From positions 27,964,001 through 28,028,000 of the forward strand of contig CM059432.1 of assembly GCA_030390025.1 (NCBI GenBank): a stretch of DNA of 64,000 nt, read 5' to 3'. Below the pieces are notes generated by a model. That model was given only the letters and a program-made list of their open reading frames with translations. It made no database searches and was not told the origin of the DNA. The DNA comes from Squalus acanthias (taxonomy: Eukaryota). Both the position numbers and the translations under genes were made by a program. Positions 61,394-64,000 of the stretch are shown piece after piece (within the stretch, counting starts at the first letter, position 1; every line of letters starts with the position of its first letter).

Positions 61394-61886
61394 GGGAACT
61401 AGACTCAAATATAACCCAGGCTGATAAGAACCTGCAGCTGCCACAGTGAAATCAGTTTGGGCAGTCTAAAACCAGGTTGAAGTGGTCACAAGTCCATGGG
61501 ATAAAACTGCTCATAATTCAATGAATCTAAATTGACAATTACACTCAGAGAGGTCACTAGAATCACTGGTGTGCAAAATAGAAATATCATATTGGTGCAG
61601 CAAGGGGTGCTCTTCTAAGGGTGGGATTAAGCCACAGAGTGTAGGGAGAACCTAGATCTTCATCTGGCCCATCGTATACATGGCTCATGAATACTAAATA
61701 CTGGTACTGAGTGCGGCAGTGGAAGGATGTTCCATTCCCTCAGCACTGACATGCTTCACCTCGTAGTTAGTGTATGTCTGTTTTGGATTGATTGTGCTAA
61801 CAATTGATTTTCTAAGGACAATTACTATGAATGTAGCAACCATTTATTCAACACAGGGAAAACAGGGAGCAAAGCTCTGCACCAGG

Positions 61887-62328
61887 GAAAGAAAGAAATA
61901 ACTTGCATTTACATAGTGCCTTTCACTACCTCAGGATGTTCCAAAGTGCTTTATAGCCAATTGAGTATTTTTGAAGTGTAGTCACTGTTGTAATGTAGGG
62001 AAGCATGATAGCCAAAGGTCCCACAAACCACAATGAGATAATGACTAGATAATCTGTTTTAGTGATGTTGTTTGAAGGATAAATATTGGCTAAAACACCA
62101 GGGAGAACACCCATGGTCTTCCTCAAATAATGCCATGGGGTCTTTAGCATCTGCCGGTGCCTCGGTTTTATGTCTGATCCAAAAGGCAGCACCTCCTACA
62201 GTGCAGCAGTTCCTCAGTGCTGCACTGAAGTGTCAACCTGGATTATGTGCTCAATTCTCTGGAGTGGGGCTTGAATCCACAACCTTCTGACTCAAGAGGG
62301 GAGTGTGCTACCCACTGACCCAAGGCAC
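61887..62328 (-). mobile_element. DeuSINE (SacSINE1-like) copy
   Basis: Reverse complement colinear with 60921-61393. Confidence 0.85.
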
Positions 62329-62411
62329 ATTGTCAAACTTTTGTTAATTTTTTCTTCATGGAAAGATTTTTGGGATTGCGTTATGTTTCCAGGTTGTGTT
62401 TTAAAACAATC

Positions 62412-62565
62412 GGGTGAATTTCCTTGGGGCTTCTCCTGGTCTGCCACCGTAACTTCAGCAAAAGTTGGTCAGAAACCCTGCTTGCCTACCTACATTAATC
62501 AGGTTTCTGCCGAACTTCTGCCAAAGTTATGGTGGCAGAACTGGATAAGCCATGAGGAAATGCCT
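62412..62565. mobile_element. Palindromic MITE-like fold-back element
   Basis: Arms tctgccaccgtaacttcagcaaaagttggtcagaaacc / ggtttctgccgaacttctgccaaagttatggtggcaga, extending to about 65 bp. Confidence 0.7.
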
Positions 62566-62820
62566 AACAAGTGTGAATTTACACAGGTTTGAAAAAAAAG
62601 ATGGCCACAGGTTGCAGGAATTGGAGATGATCCAGTTTGGACAATGCCACAACTCACAGTCTATTTCAAATGGATACAATGAGGATCTATTGTCTCATCC
62701 CCGGTCCTTTATCCAAAATGACCATGGGCCTTAAGTGATTAATCGCCTCATTGTAGATAGCCAAATAATATTCACATTAGTTGTTGTGAGGACGATTCTC
62801 TTCCTGTGGGCACACATGAG

Positions 62821-63666
62821 GGGCTGGATTTTCAATGACCCGTGGAGTCGGGTTTGGAGGCGGGGGGGGGGGGTTAAAGTTGCAGATTCGGGGGTCCCGA
62901 CCCCATCCCGCCTCCAACCCGCCTCCATGCCAGTTTCTCTGGCGGCGGGTACCCGATCTGTGCTGAGACCCGACTCCCCGAGGTGGGAAGGGATTAGTGA
63001 CAATTAACTGCCTGTTAACAGGTAGTTAACAGGCAGTTTTTTGCATAATCCCTATTTTAAAAAGAAAAGTGTGGGCTTCCCGACAGGTGGCAACCACGCC
63101 AAGTTATCGGGGCGGGCCGTGGGTCTGCAGGGGTTGGAGGGGTCGATATGTCCGGTGGGCAGGTGAGTGATGGGTGCATGTGTGCAGAGGTAAGTGTGTA
63201 AGGTAAGTGCTAAGTGTTGGAAAAAGTTTTACTTACCTTAACTTCCTCCTGCAGGTGTCAGCCCTTCAGCTCTCGGGAGTTAGAAATCTCACCGGCACAG
63301 AAAGCAGGAAAGCCGTGGTTCTGTCAAAACCTGCAGCCTTCTGTTTTCTGTGGTGGAATGATTTCTAACTCAGCCTGAGAGGAAGGACTGAAGTTAGAAA
63401 TCATATTGTGAGTGTTTGACAGCTTCACAGAGCTGTCAAACACTGATATTTCAACTGTCAAAAGCTCTTGACAGATGAAATGTCAGTCTGTGATGTCACC
63501 TGTTGCCGGGTGGCCCTTAATTGGCCTGCTGAGCCCACTGGGCGGGCTCAACAAGGTCAATCAAGGGAAAATACAGTGGGTTGGCCACATCTCGATGGAG
63601 GCGGGTTCACAAGGCAGAATGTGTGATTCCCGACCCCAACCCGACCCCAGTTTCAAAATCCAGCCC
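62821..63666. mobile_element. Harbinger-type MITE, 846 bp
   Basis: Perfect 12-bp TIR GGGCTGGATTTT; TSD GAG; same family as 47791-48655 in opposite orientation. Confidence 0.93.
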
Positions 63667-64000
63667 GAGGTGTCTGTGAAGAATATACTCTTGTGAGAGG
63701 AGGTAATGAGACTGGTTGATAGGCCTGCTGGTGAATTGTTGGAAGGTGCAGAGACATTGCCCTCCTGCTCTCTGGAGTCATGTTCAAGAGGTAGTCAGGT
63801 TTTTAACAAATAACTGCAAGGCTTAGCTCTTGGCCTGGAGCTGGGAGCTAAAAATACAAAAGGTCAAGTCCTGTAATTAGAAGCTGTCTAGACAGAAATA
63901 CATGCCAAAATTGAAGTCAGTGCAAAAAAGAGACAGACCACTTGGTTTATGTTTTTTTTTAAAGAGAAGTGAGATTGAATGATTTAAGTGAAATTTGCAT

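Overview
Eukaryotic genomic DNA, almost certainly from a cartilaginous fish (shark-type CR1/HER1-like and L2 LINEs, DeuSINE/SacSINE1-like SINEs, Penelope-like remnants). The window lies inside the 3' part of the thyroglobulin (TG) gene on the minus strand. Two coding exons of the cholinesterase-like domain are visible (58372-58553 and 34187-34294). They are separated by a 24,077-bp intron and followed by an intron longer than 34 kb. Most of the ORF track is chance or transposon-derived. The introns are dense with nested transposons, including five decayed two-gene PIF/Harbinger elements (spliced Myb/SANT gene plus convergent HARBI1-type transposase) and about ten Harbinger-type MITEs with varied 3-bp TSDs. 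Also present are a hAT MITE and a very young 5'-truncated CR1 with an intact RT frame. The least explained object is a 1.8-kb non-coding composite insert (5107-6923) with a perfect 12-bp TSD, GC-rich ~117-bp 5' monomers, a CpG-rich microsatellite and a terminal AATAAA. It is nested in a MITE TIR, and the MITE is itself inside a LINE. The Harbinger derivatives also keep CRE motifs and splice donors on both strands. I see no prokaryotic-type system (CRISPR, operon). All family calls are by eye, without database searches.
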